DNA of 35,411 bases from Chitinophagaceae bacterium (GCA_021323155.1 JAJTCI010000002.1:1-35411); one strand, 5' to 3'. Positions 15,211 to 24,839 are shown, numbered from the stretch's first letter. Translations and numbers: made by a program. Notes: a model not told the origin generated them from the letters alone.

Positions 15211-18200
15211 TTATTTATTGTCTTTCCTGATAAACTTTTGGCTGAAAGAGTCGTACAGTAAAATGAGTTCATTTGACTGACCGTCCTTGTCAAATATCTT
15301 CTCCCAGGTGTTCAATGGCTCCCAGATAAAAGTACCTTTTCCACGATTACCAGGTAGTCCGAAAGTGATGTCGTGCACTTCATTCTTCTTTTGGGAGTAC
15401 TCAACCAGGATAATATCCTTATGATACCGGCGGGTAAGGTCCGCCATATTATTCCGGAGATCATCAAGCGTGCCGTGCCACTTAGGGTAATATGATTGCC
15501 CGATCACGTCGAACTGCACATTTCTTTCAATCATACTATTGATGAACCAAACAGATTCGTCGTTCTGGCCGCCGAGTGCCACATGCAGCATCATGATGAT
15601 ATTAGGATCAACATCCAAAGTGGCTTTCGTTCCCGCGATCAATAATTCCGCGAGGTTGTTGAGATTATTGACGTGCCCATCAGGCCAGATGATGCCATGA
15701 TTGATCTCGTTTCCGATCTGAACCATGTCGGGCGTGGTGCCCTGGGCTTGGAGTTCGCTGATCACGCGCTTTGTAAACGCGTACATCGAATCCTTCAAAG
15801 CCGGAAAATTCAAGTGCTTCCAGGCAGCCGGCTTGTATTGTTTGCCCGGGTCTGCCCAATTATCGCTGTAATGAAAATCCAGCAGCAACTTCATCCCGGC
15901 GTCCTTGATACGTCGCGCCATTTTTTTAGTGTGCTCAAGATCACAGAAGCCTTTTCCCGGCGAATAGCCACTATCTGCAGCGGGATCATTGAATATCCGA
16001 AGCCGGACATAGTTGAATCCATGGTCCTTTAAAATCCGGATAGCGTCTTTTTCTTTTCCCTTGTCGGAAAACCTTATCCCTCTCGCTTCCAGTTGAGGCA
16101 GAAAAGAAATATCCGCACCGATCATTTTATCGATCACCTTCTTCTTTAATGGCTTTGATGTTATAGTACTTGTGGCAGCTGCTGGCATCACAGAGAATAT
16201 GTCAGTAGAACCTGTCCGCAGGCCTTCACTCCGGGCCTCAAAGTGAATATTGCTCGGTTTCCTGCCTGCTAATAGGATCACCTGTGCTTTGCCATTGAAA
16301 AGGTGCCTCGTCGCGGAGGTGTCATTGTACCGGTCCCGTTCATGACTGCTTGGATCCCCGTTACCGACCCCGATGATCTTAGCATCGCCAGCCAATCCGA
16401 AGAATACCAGGGGGTTTGCATCGGGCACCTCGCGGCCTTCCTTGTCAACTGCGGTGATATTTAGAACCGTAGCATCTTTACCATCCGCCAGCATCGTGGT
16501 CTTGTAGGGAGTGATAACAATATCCGCAGCCGGGCCAGTAGTTTCAACTTTTTTGCTGAGCCTTTTTCCTTTTTTTAAAGCCACCGCTTCTAATGTGCCG
16601 GGCTCGTAAGGTACTGCCCATTTCAAATGCCTGTTGCGGGGCATATCTTTCTTACCGAGGCTTCGCCCATTTAAGAACAATTCCACGTGATCCGCATTCG
16701 TGTTCACCCATACGTCGATGGACTTCCCTTCTTTGCCTTTCCAGTTCCAATGTGGTGAGATGTGGAGCACGTCTTCATCAGTCCACCAACTCTTATAATA
16801 ATAATAGATATTCTTCGGGAAGCCACAAGCGTCCATTACACCAAAATGAGATGATATGTTTGGCCACTGGTAAGGCGTGGGTTCGCCGCGGTAGTCGAAA
16901 CCCGTCCAGATAAAACCGCCGAGCCAGTGTGCGCTGTCCGCGGCAAGTGTCCACCATGTCTCCGCGGTGCTGGCCCACCAGGGCGCAGTGATGTCCTGGT
17001 CGGGAACATAGGCTTTTACTGTATCCTTTTCATAAATACCCCTTGTTGTTACAGTGCTTCCCATCTCCGTTCCCAATATTGGCTGTCCGGGATGATCCCG
17101 GTGATACTCACCTACGGCAAACTGGCGATAGTTAAAACTGCGCACCGGTATCACTTCGTTCACCCCATGATACACGTTAGCCACATCGGCCGCATATGTA
17201 GCGGTTCGCGTAGGATCCAATTCCCGCTGCTTCGCCAGCAAGGTTTGCGCGATCCGCTTCCCCGCCGTGGTTGTGTGGATCCACCCCTCTTCATTACCGA
17301 TACTCCACATAAAAACAGAGGGATGATTGCGATCCCTCCGGATCAATCGCTCAAATTGGCTTATGTATTCCGGGCCACTATTCAGCAACCGGGTTTCATC
17401 CATCACCAGCATACCAAGGCTATCGCAGGCATCGAGCAATTCGGGTGTGGGCGGGTTATGACTTGTACGATAAGCATTGCTACCCATTTCTTTTAATAGA
17501 CGTACCCTGTAATATTGAAGATAGTCAGGCAGGGCCGCACCGACACCGGCGTGATCCTGGTGGTTATTCGTTCCTTTGATCTTGACATACTTCCCATTAA
17601 GGAAAACACCATTGGGTTTTATTTCGATTGTCCTGATACCAAACCTATGCGTGATCTTGTCGACCACCTTCCCGTTTTGCTTTATAATGGATATCACGCG
17701 GTAGAGATACGGATCATCGAGGCTCCAAAGCCTTGGTTTTGCCAGGTTGAGCCGGTGTCTAAAAGTAGCTTTCCCATTGATGCCGATTGTCAAAGGTTGC
17801 TCAGGCGAACGGGCGACTTCCCTGCCAGACCTATCGATTACCAAAGATGAAAGCGTACAGCTGGCTATTCCAAGCGACTCGTTCTGAATCACGGTCTCGA
17901 TCATCACGCCAGCGTTACTGCCCTTTACCGCTGCAGTTGCAAAAACCCCATCCGTGGCTATATGTACATTATCATATTCGTTCAGCCATACATGTCTATA
18001 GATTCCCGCACCTTCATAGAACCACCCTTCGTACTGGGTAGCGTCCACACGTACAGTGAGGACATTGTCTCCGTCATAGTTTACATAATCAGTGATATCG
18101 TATTCTACCCCGATATAACCACTTTGGTTGTTGCCCAGGTAGAAGCCATTGATCCAGAAATGCGCATCACGGAAAACGCCGTCAAACTGCACCTGGAAAC

Positions 18201-18591
18201 GTCGACCCGAATCTTTAGCTGGGACCGTGAAGTGCTTGCGATACCACCCGATGCTTGTTTGGGGATAGAGACCGCCTACCGGTTTGTAGCCGTGCGACTG
18301 GACGTCGAAGCTGGGAGAATTGGAGAAAGGCAGTTCTACCGCCCAGTCGTGCGGGAGGTCAACATCCCTCCATGCGCTGTCTTTAAACAGAATTGCTAAA
18401 GCCGTGTTGTCCGTCTTACCCGATTTTGCAAAGATCGCCGTGATGCCATAGTTGAAATCTTTTGCAGGGTCGCCAGCGTGGCCGAAATGGAATTTCCAGC
18501 CTTCATCAAAATTAGTACGCTTTCGCTGGGCGAAAAGATCAACACTTATTGCCAGTAACAGCAAAAAGCATAGGCTGGTGGCGTATCGCAT
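15211..18591 (-). CDS. Secreted bifunctional glycoside hydrolase: GH2 beta-galactosidase-like module fused to a C-terminal GH53 endo-beta-1,4-galactanase module
   Basis: 1126 aa with a signal peptide. GH2 hallmarks: NNHQDHAGVGAALP, RTSHNPPTPELLDACD, NHPSVFMWSIGNEE and GTEMGS. A linker (PAAATSTITSKPLKKK) lies at about aa 803-818. The GH53 module covers about aa 819-1126 (nt ~15214-16137): IGADISFLPQLEARG, FHYSDNWADPGKQ, VQIGNEINHG, GQSYYPKWHG and ILVEYS. Confidence 0.85.
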   Translation of the reverse strand: MRYATSLCFLLLLAISVDLFAQRKRTNFDEGWKFHFGHAGDPAKDFNYGITAIFAKSGKTDNTALAILFKDSAWRDVDLPHDWAVELPFSNSPSFDVQSHGYKPVGGLYPQTSIGWYRKHFTVPAKDSGRRFQVQFDGVFRDAHFWINGFYLGNNQSGYIGVEYDITDYVNYDGDNVLTVRVDATQYEGWFYEGAGIYRHVWLNEYDNVHIATDGVFATAAVKGSNAGVMIETVIQNESLGIASCTLSSLVIDRSGREVARSPEQPLTIGINGKATFRHRLNLAKPRLWSLDDPYLYRVISIIKQNGKVVDKITHRFGIRTIEIKPNGVFLNGKYVKIKGTNNHQDHAGVGAALPDYLQYYRVRLLKEMGSNAYRTSHNPPTPELLDACDSLGMLVMDETRLLNSGPEYISQFERLIRRDRNHPSVFMWSIGNEEGWIHTTTAGKRIAQTLLAKQRELDPTRTATYAADVANVYHGVNEVIPVRSFNYRQFAVGEYHRDHPGQPILGTEMGSTVTTRGIYEKDTVKAYVPDQDITAPWWASTAETWWTLAADSAHWLGGFIWTGFDYRGEPTPYQWPNISSHFGVMDACGFPKNIYYYYKSWWTDEDVLHISPHWNWKGKEGKSIDVWVNTNADHVELFLNGRSLGKKDMPRNRHLKWAVPYEPGTLEAVALKKGKRLSKKVETTGPAADIVITPYKTTMLADGKDATVLNITAVDKEGREVPDANPLVFFGLAGDAKIIGVGNGDPSSHERDRYNDTSATRHLFNGKAQVILLAGRKPSNIHFEARSEGLRTGSTDIFSVMPAAATSTITSKPLKKKVIDKMIGADISFLPQLEARGIRFSDKGKEKDAIRILKDHGFNYVRLRIFNDPAADSGYSPGKGFCDLEHTKKMARRIKDAGMKLLLDFHYSDNWADPGKQYKPAAWKHLNFPALKDSMYAFTKRVISELQAQGTTPDMVQIGNEINHGIIWPDGHVNNLNNLAELLIAGTKATLDVDPNIIMMLHVALGGQNDESVWFINSMIERNVQFDVIGQSYYPKWHGTLDDLRNNMADLTRRYHKDIILVEYSQKKNEVHDITFGLPGNRGKGTFIWEPLNTWEKIFDKDGQSNELILLYDSFSQKFIRKDNK

Positions 18592-18607
18592 AAGAATACT
18601 TTTCAGT

Positions 18608-21130
18608 TTATTTTTTCAACCATACGTGCTGAATTTCCAGGCTCACAGGATCAGAAGGCTTATTCGCAATAAAGCGCACCTCTATCTTTTCCATGTCGGG
18701 AAGATGCATGCGCTTGTTACCTGCCGTATTGAACCATAGGTTTTGAAAGCCGGGATATGGCCGCGGTAAAAGCAAACAAGAATCTTTTTGAAAGAGCGAA
18801 AGCGGTAATTCCAGGTCTTGCCAGTCCGCAGAAAGCGGGAGACTGGTGCTATACGCGTTCCCATCTATGTCGATTAGTGAGACTTTTGCAGTCACATCGC
18901 CAGAGGACCTTGCCTTTATAATGAGCTTAGCCGAAGCATCGAATGAATCGATTCTTCCCGAAATCCTTTCGCCAAAATAAAATTGCCATCCCATCATTTG
19001 TCCGGCGACGGGTTTGTTCATGCTTGTTTTGACCGCGAGTTTGCCGGGTTCACCTGTGGCGATGCCTTCAACGCGGTTATTACGCCAGTCGGTATTGTAA
19101 AGCATCAACCTGTTCCTGTCGTTGGTTGCGCTGAACAACTCAACCGGTGATCCAGCAGCGGCAACGAATGTCTGCCAGCTTTCATTTCTATATTCATCCC
19201 AGGCGTAAGGATTGCCTTTAAATCCACCGGGGGAAATATACGTCTCATTCTTACTTCTTACCATGATGCGGTAATTGATGACGCCGGGCATGACCATTGC
19301 TGCCGGGATAACAGCCCGGTAGCTTAAACTTGAGATTAATTGCATGGGAATCGTCTTCCATTGATTGGACGAATTCCTTACTTCAACAGAGATTCTCGAT
19401 GACGTGTCAACGCCTGCTATTATTGCTTCAACATTTAACTGGCGAAAGGCCGCGACTTCAGCTTGTTCGTGATGAACCAATACAGGCTCGAAGACCTGGT
19501 TCTTCGGGGCATAAAAAGGTTCTGGACGAGGCTCGAAATCTGCACGTTTGGATTTCCCGATCAGCATATAAATGCCAGGAGATGCTATAAACGTGCTATC
19601 GAACCCGATGACTGGCAAACTGTCGCCGTAATACATGGGTATTATTCTGGCACCCGTGAGAATATCCGGCAGCCTCAACTTCATTTTGTGTGCTCCCCAA
19701 TGAATCTTTACCACCTCTTTCTTGGGAGAAGCTTTTTCAAATGGATCTAACGTCGCGATCGCATCTGGCATCAACTCAAGCCACCAGATCCCATCGCTGA
19801 TCTTATCGAGAAAATACGCACCCGTTCCGTCATACTGCACCACGGGAGAACTGCCAACGCCGGCAATATGCTCCAGTTTCGATTGGTTCTTCGGCACGGT
19901 GGAGGTTGACCCGGTATAGTAAAACTCATTTTCGCTGTTCATTTCGCTCAACTGCTGGCGATAGCTCAAGCGGAAATCGCCAAACAACGTATCAGCGGGA
20001 AAAGTGCCATAACTTTTGTTCCGTGGCAGCTGATGAAAAATTTTGGAAGCGATCAGCAGGCTGATGGCTTTCGCGGGTGTGTACGCAAGGTTGAGGTAAT
20101 GCGTCTGGTATTCCGTGTTTCCATAAGCCGTGTACAATGGGTCGTAAGCGAACTGCGTGGCCCATTGAAAGCCGGCGGTGCGATAAGTCCGCGCCATCGC
20201 CGGGTACATAATCGGTTGCATCACGTCGCCCGCATCGAATTCGTACACCATCTTCGCGCGGCTTTTAAAAGCAGCTATCGTATCCGCGAAAGGAGTACGA
20301 TACGCATCTACGTGCGGCAGGAAATTTCCTTTGCGTTCATGGTTCGCCACCAGGTTTGTCGGGTACCACTGGAAGCTGTGGCCATCCACGTTTGCCTTCA
20401 CGACTGCGTCTGCATAAGCAGGCGACTCGCTGATATTATAGAACACCGGCTTGGTCCAGCCCGTGCTTCTCACCGCCGCCGCCATGCGGTTCACATATTC
20501 GGTTGTTCTTTCCTTGGGTCCGCTGTGGTGCGGCTCGTTGTTGATCTCCGTCGCGATCACATCCGGGTCGTCCTTGTATGCAAGCTTTGTATATGGATTG
20601 ACGTGCGTGAAAAACTGCCGCAGGTAGTTCTCCTGGGCCTTAAAAGCTTCTTCCTTTATAACCGAAGGCCCTTTGCCGTAGACCGATGAAAAACCATTGG
20701 TCTTAACATCCGGTTCGGGATAGCCATTTCCCCAGAACGCGATGGGCGTGATCAGTATCTTGATGTTTTTTTGCTTGAGTTTGTTTAGGAGATAATCGAA
20801 CAGGCGAAGGTGTTCATTTTCCAACAAGTTACCCAGCGAGTCGCTGATCTCTACGTCCCACACATGGACCCGGAACGCATCGAGTCCAAGGCGCGCCATA
20901 TGGTGCACATCGGCATCAATTGCTTTTTCCAGGTCGATGCCCAGTGCCTTATGTGATCTGTACCCATAAGCGAAAGGAACAGTGTAATTCACCCCGAAAA
21001 ACTGTGCTTCGGATTTGTCTTTTGTCCAGCGTATCACGCCATGCTTGTCTACAAACACAGGATCCGATTTCTTCTGCGCATTCAATGAATGCACGGACAA
21101 TAACATCAATATGAAAAGCAATGTTTTCAT
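18608..21130 (-). CDS. Secreted clan GH-A-like (TIM barrel) glycoside hydrolase, family not assignable by eye, with a ~450-aa C-terminal extension
   Basis: 840 aa with a signal peptide (MKTLLFILMLLSVHSLNAQ). The N-terminal ~370 aa carry an NEP acid/base-like motif (ATEINNEPHH, E199) and a candidate nucleophile (KMVYEFDAG, E297) 98 aa later, which is clan GH-A spacing. I do not recognise the rest of the protein. Confidence 0.55.
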   Translation of the reverse strand: MKTLLFILMLLSVHSLNAQKKSDPVFVDKHGVIRWTKDKSEAQFFGVNYTVPFAYGYRSHKALGIDLEKAIDADVHHMARLGLDAFRVHVWDVEISDSLGNLLENEHLRLFDYLLNKLKQKNIKILITPIAFWGNGYPEPDVKTNGFSSVYGKGPSVIKEEAFKAQENYLRQFFTHVNPYTKLAYKDDPDVIATEINNEPHHSGPKERTTEYVNRMAAAVRSTGWTKPVFYNISESPAYADAVVKANVDGHSFQWYPTNLVANHERKGNFLPHVDAYRTPFADTIAAFKSRAKMVYEFDAGDVMQPIMYPAMARTYRTAGFQWATQFAYDPLYTAYGNTEYQTHYLNLAYTPAKAISLLIASKIFHQLPRNKSYGTFPADTLFGDFRLSYRQQLSEMNSENEFYYTGSTSTVPKNQSKLEHIAGVGSSPVVQYDGTGAYFLDKISDGIWWLELMPDAIATLDPFEKASPKKEVVKIHWGAHKMKLRLPDILTGARIIPMYYGDSLPVIGFDSTFIASPGIYMLIGKSKRADFEPRPEPFYAPKNQVFEPVLVHHEQAEVAAFRQLNVEAIIAGVDTSSRISVEVRNSSNQWKTIPMQLISSLSYRAVIPAAMVMPGVINYRIMVRSKNETYISPGGFKGNPYAWDEYRNESWQTFVAAAGSPVELFSATNDRNRLMLYNTDWRNNRVEGIATGEPGKLAVKTSMNKPVAGQMMGWQFYFGERISGRIDSFDASAKLIIKARSSGDVTAKVSLIDIDGNAYSTSLPLSADWQDLELPLSLFQKDSCLLLPRPYPGFQNLWFNTAGNKRMHLPDMEKIEVRFIANKPSDPVSLEIQHVWLKK

Positions 21131-21168
21131 TAATTGAATGCATTAATGCGACGTTTGGCTAGAGCGCT

Positions 21169-21200
21169 AAAAAAAGCCACTTGTTGAAGGTGGCTTTTTT
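21169..21200 (-). terminator. Rho-independent terminator inside the glycan cluster (after the SusF-like gene)
   Basis: On the minus strand: GCCAC, 9-nt loop, GTGGC, followed by TTTTTTT and preceded by an A-run. It starts about 16 nt after the stop at 21216. The stem is short (5 bp), so confidence is moderate. Confidence 0.5.
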
Positions 21201-21215
21201 GAGTTGTCGATATGC

Positions 21216-22367
21216 TTATAGTTTGACCAGTGTGTATTTGTTTGTAAGAAAATCAACGGTGATCTTGTAATTCCCGGAAACATCCGGACTTGGTATGTCC
21301 TGTCCTTCCGGAACCAAAGTCGCACCCAGTTTGATACCTGCTGCAGTATTATCAGCAACGCCATATTTTTTACCCCAGTTTCCATTCTCCGGCAAAAGGA
21401 GGTACATCTGTCCCGCCGTAAGCGCTACAGAAGCGAGCTCGAATTTGGTAGAAGTAAGCCTGGTGAATTTTTGCGAAGGCACCGGAACAGGGTTCGACCA
21501 TCCACCCGGTGTTGCGCCACCTACGATAAAAAGGTCGGCTGGCAATCCATGCTGCTGCGTGAACGGCGTAACGGTGAATTTGCCAGTTTGGAAATCCACG
21601 ATGATCTTATAGAGACCCGATGTTGATGGGCTGGGAAAATCCTGCGCAAGGTTATAACCAAAATCACCTCCGGCGCTTAACCCGGCAATTGAATTGTTCG
21701 CTACCGAATACTTATTGGACCAGTCGCCATTTACAGGCAGTAACAAGTAGAATTGTCCGCCATTCAATTGGAAAATTCCGCCCCAGGTCGTTTCATCTAT
21801 CCGCGTCAATTCCTGTGAAGGAACGGGAACGGGATTGGTCCAGCCGCCTTGTGTGGCACTGCCCACGATGAAAAGACGATTGGAAGCTGGTAATGCCACC
21901 TTAGGAGGGATCTTGTACGGCGTCATCATTATCTTCAACACATTTGAACTGAGTCGCTCGTTATTGTTCAAATAAGAGGACGTCACTTTCACGTCCATGC
22001 CGACAGGCACATTGAAAGCATATCCCTTAGAGAGAAGCATTTCATTGAGTTCCTTCGCGATAAAGCTCTTACTCAAACTGCCTGTTACAACGGTTGTGTA
22101 AGGATTGGAAAAATTCTTTCCCGATGAGTCGATCTCTATTGTGAATTTCTGATTGGCTGAATCGGTGGCATGCTTTGGATTTGTCCAGCTCAATGTTAAG
22201 GCAACGTTGTTCGAATCTGCAGCTACCGGAGCAATGCTCGACGACGAGGCACTCAATACCGGGGCCGTGCCCGTGCCGAACAGCGCCAGGCTTTCCGCTT
22301 TCTCGCAAGCGGTAAGCACTGCGGCAACGGCGATCACCAGTAGGCAGAGTTTCATAAATTGTTTCAT
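21216..22367 (-). CDS. SusE/SusF family surface glycan-binding lipoprotein (two C-terminal SusF_SusE-type modules)
   Basis: 383 aa with a lipobox (AAVLTAC). It has a SusE-like N-terminal domain (LTLSWTNPKH...FTIEIDSSGKNFSNP). Two repeats start LFIVGSATQGGWTNPVPVPSQELT and LFIVGGATPGGWSNPVPVPSQKFT. Confidence 0.75.
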   Translation of the reverse strand: MKQFMKLCLLVIAVAAVLTACEKAESLALFGTGTAPVLSASSSSIAPVAADSNNVALTLSWTNPKHATDSANQKFTIEIDSSGKNFSNPYTTVVTGSLSKSFIAKELNEMLLSKGYAFNVPVGMDVKVTSSYLNNNERLSSNVLKIMMTPYKIPPKVALPASNRLFIVGSATQGGWTNPVPVPSQELTRIDETTWGGIFQLNGGQFYLLLPVNGDWSNKYSVANNSIAGLSAGGDFGYNLAQDFPSPSTSGLYKIIVDFQTGKFTVTPFTQQHGLPADLFIVGGATPGGWSNPVPVPSQKFTRLTSTKFELASVALTAGQMYLLLPENGNWGKKYGVADNTAAGIKLGATLVPEGQDIPSPDVSGNYKITVDFLTNKYTLVKL

Positions 22368-22385
22368 ATAATGGTCTTTACCGGT

Positions 22386-23216
22386 TTATAATTTGGTTAA
22401 TGTGAACTTGCCTCGCTGGAAATCCACTTGTATTTTATAGTTACCACTAACGGCCGGGGCGAGCAGGTCTCCTCCTCCGGGTTTGAAGTCATCCCCGCTA
22501 GGGTTGTTGGTATTGTTTGCTCCCATTCCACCGTATTTAGCACTCCAGTCTCCATTAACCGGAAGGAATAGGTATGATCCGCCACCTACAATTGGCATCG
22601 TAACCTCGAACAATGTGGGGCTGATAGCTGTAAGTTCCTGGCTTGGCACCGGCACCGGATTCGTCCAGCCCCCTGGCGTTGCACTTCCCACGATAAACAA
22701 TTTGCCGGAAGCAGGCGGTGCTACTTTAGGCGGAATGGCATAAGGTGTGACTGTGAACTGGAGTACATTTGAATACAAAGGAACAGATGTACCGATGCTA
22801 GAACGAACCCTGAACTGAATGGTATGTGGTGCCCCTGTGGTCAGCTGAAGCTGGTTCAGGAGGTAATCGTTCAGGTCGTTCTGTGTTATGCTGAGACTGA
22901 GGTCGTTGCTTATTGAAAGGATCTTCCTGTTTGGATTTGTGAAGTTCGCGCCCAACGTATCGATCTCCAATTGGTATGATACGTTCTGCGAACTCAAACC
23001 CGTCGTGAATTTGTAATTGGGGTTCGTCCACATCAGCTTAATTGCTTCCATATCCTTATTCACAAAGCTCAGCGGTATAGTTCCACTGCGCGAAGCGGTG
23101 AGTGCGGGGGCCGTACCACCTTCGTAGCGCACCATGTTTTCTTCTTTCTCACACCCCGTCAAAAATGCCAGGCTACACAGCGACAGGAATATGGAAAGGA
23201 TCAGTTTATTTTTCAT
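22386..23216 (-). CDS. SusE-like surface glycan-binding lipoprotein (one SusF_SusE-type module)
   Basis: 276 aa with a lipobox (AFLTGC). It has a SusE N-terminal domain (IKLMWTNPNYKF...YQLEIDTLGANFTNP) and one module, LFIVGSATPGGWTNPVPVPSQELT. Confidence 0.75.
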   Translation of the reverse strand: MKNKLILSIFLSLCSLAFLTGCEKEENMVRYEGGTAPALTASRSGTIPLSFVNKDMEAIKLMWTNPNYKFTTGLSSQNVSYQLEIDTLGANFTNPNRKILSISNDLSLSITQNDLNDYLLNQLQLTTGAPHTIQFRVRSSIGTSVPLYSNVLQFTVTPYAIPPKVAPPASGKLFIVGSATPGGWTNPVPVPSQELTAISPTLFEVTMPIVGGGSYLFLPVNGDWSAKYGGMGANNTNNPSGDDFKPGGGDLLAPAVSGNYKIQVDFQRGKFTLTKL

Positions 23217-23237
23217 TTCCGTTGTTTTTAGTAATTA

Positions 23238-24818
23238 TTAATAACCTGGGTTTTGGATCAGGTTCGGATTTGCATTGATTTCAGCGGAAGGAATCGGGTA
23301 AATATTCCTGGTGGCAGCAACTGCCGCACCATCCTTTACACCTCCTTTCCATGGCCATAAATATCCCGCCGTAGTAAACAGGTCATAACGCACAAGGTCG
23401 GTTCTTCGCTTTCCTTCCCACAGGAATTCTCTTGCCCTTTCATCTAAAATAAACTCGAGCGTGAGCTGTCCCGAAGTAATATTACCCGTTGTATTTCCAT
23501 AAGCCCTTGCACGCACATTGTTCACGTAAGTTAAAGCCTGCGCTGCTGAGCCGCCGGTACCGCCCCTCAACACAGCCTCGGCATAGATGAGGTAAGCTTC
23601 CGGCAAACGGTACATCGGGAAATCGGTATCCACCCATGTAAGGCTGGAACCAACGGTGCCGGCTGAAGTCACATTGTACCATTTCTTCAGGCTGTAACCA
23701 TGACGGAATTCACTGATATCGGTAATCTCCAGTTGCTGACCCGCGGTCTGGAACGTTCCTCTTTTATCAGCTGTACCATTCGCATCCGGGAATTTCTGTA
23801 CGATAGCTTTTGTAGTACGAATACCACCCCAACCGAAGTCGATGCCGTAATCGTTAACATTCATATCACCTCCTACAGGCGCGTGAACCAGGAATGTTGT
23901 TCCACCCCACGTACGTGTCTTTGTTCCGTCGAATGCTACCGTGAAGATGTTCTCATTGGATGTATGATTGTCTGCTTTGAACAGGTTACCATAATTCGTG
24001 TTAAGCGTGTAAGGCGCTGCGATCACTTTTGAGCTGTAAGTAATGGCATCGGTGTAGCGCTCGGTACCTGTATACACTTTTGCATTCAGGTACAGGTTAG
24101 CAAGTGTCATCCATACCGCTGCCTGATCTGCACGGCCATATTCATTGGCCTTGGGAGCGGGGAGAAGGCTTTCAACCGCTTTCAACTCCGATTCCACATA
24201 AGTAAACAGGTTTGCTCTTGTGGTACGTGCGGGAAGGAATGCACCAACCGGATCGTTCTCCGTAACAAAAGTTGGATTCCCGTACAGGTCCAGCGCGTGC
24301 ATATAACTCAACGCTCTCAGGAACCTTGCTTCCGAACGGTACATTTTTATTTTGTCGGCATCAGCGCCAGTGATACCCCTTTCGGCAACCTTCGCATCAG
24401 TAGCTTCGCGTATAAACGCATTAGCAAGCGTTATCTGGTAGTATACGCGTGCATAGAATGCGCGGTTAAACGCCTCGGTAGGCGACCAATCCATTTCATG
24501 AAGATCTTTGATGGTCTGGTCGTTCCAGCCGATCACTGCCTCATCAGTTGGCAACTCCTGGAGATACCAGTAAGTCCTGAGATAAGAAGAGAATCCTTCG
24601 TCGATACCGCCCAGGTCACCACTCCCATCAGGGCCGCTGTTACCCGTGAGCGCTAAACCGCCATAAATTTTAGCAAGCGAAGACCGGTAGCCGGCTTCAT
24701 TCTTATATAATGCATCTGCTGTGAGGGCATTGGGCGAAGTTCTATCGAGGTCCTTTGTGCAGGACGAGAGAAGAACACTCCCACAGAATGCGATCCATGT
24801 TATTTTCTTGAAGTTCAT
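23238..24818 (-). CDS. RagB/SusD family nutrient-uptake outer membrane lipoprotein
   Basis: 526 aa with a lipobox (LLSSCTKD). TPR-like SusD features are present (LRALSYMHALDLYGN and EFLWEGKRRTDLVRYD). It lies 21 nt downstream of SusC. Confidence 0.9.
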   Translation of the reverse strand: MNFKKITWIAFCGSVLLSSCTKDLDRTSPNALTADALYKNEAGYRSSLAKIYGGLALTGNSGPDGSGDLGGIDEGFSSYLRTYWYLQELPTDEAVIGWNDQTIKDLHEMDWSPTEAFNRAFYARVYYQITLANAFIREATDAKVAERGITGADADKIKMYRSEARFLRALSYMHALDLYGNPTFVTENDPVGAFLPARTTRANLFTYVESELKAVESLLPAPKANEYGRADQAAVWMTLANLYLNAKVYTGTERYTDAITYSSKVIAAPYTLNTNYGNLFKADNHTSNENIFTVAFDGTKTRTWGGTTFLVHAPVGGDMNVNDYGIDFGWGGIRTTKAIVQKFPDANGTADKRGTFQTAGQQLEITDISEFRHGYSLKKWYNVTSAGTVGSSLTWVDTDFPMYRLPEAYLIYAEAVLRGGTGGSAAQALTYVNNVRARAYGNTTGNITSGQLTLEFILDERAREFLWEGKRRTDLVRYDLFTTAGYLWPWKGGVKDGAAVAATRNIYPIPSAEINANPNLIQNPGY

Positions 24819-24839
24819 ATCATGAGTTTTTTAGCGTAA

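Noticed and set aside
16927-17496. 189-aa ORF on the plus strand
   Set aside because: It is antisense to the catalytic core of GH2, which has unambiguous family motifs on the minus strand.
20033-20689. 218-aa ORF on the plus strand
   Set aside because: It is antisense to the 840-aa glycoside hydrolase gene. The sequence is Arg-rich and low in information, and no promoter-sized gap is present. Shadow ORF.
21140-21149. 10-bp palindrome GCATTAATGC and CATTAAT direct repeat just upstream of the 840-aa hydrolase ATG
   Set aside because: It is short and AT-rich, it abuts the start codon, and no second copy occurs elsewhere in the window. Chance is a sufficient explanation.
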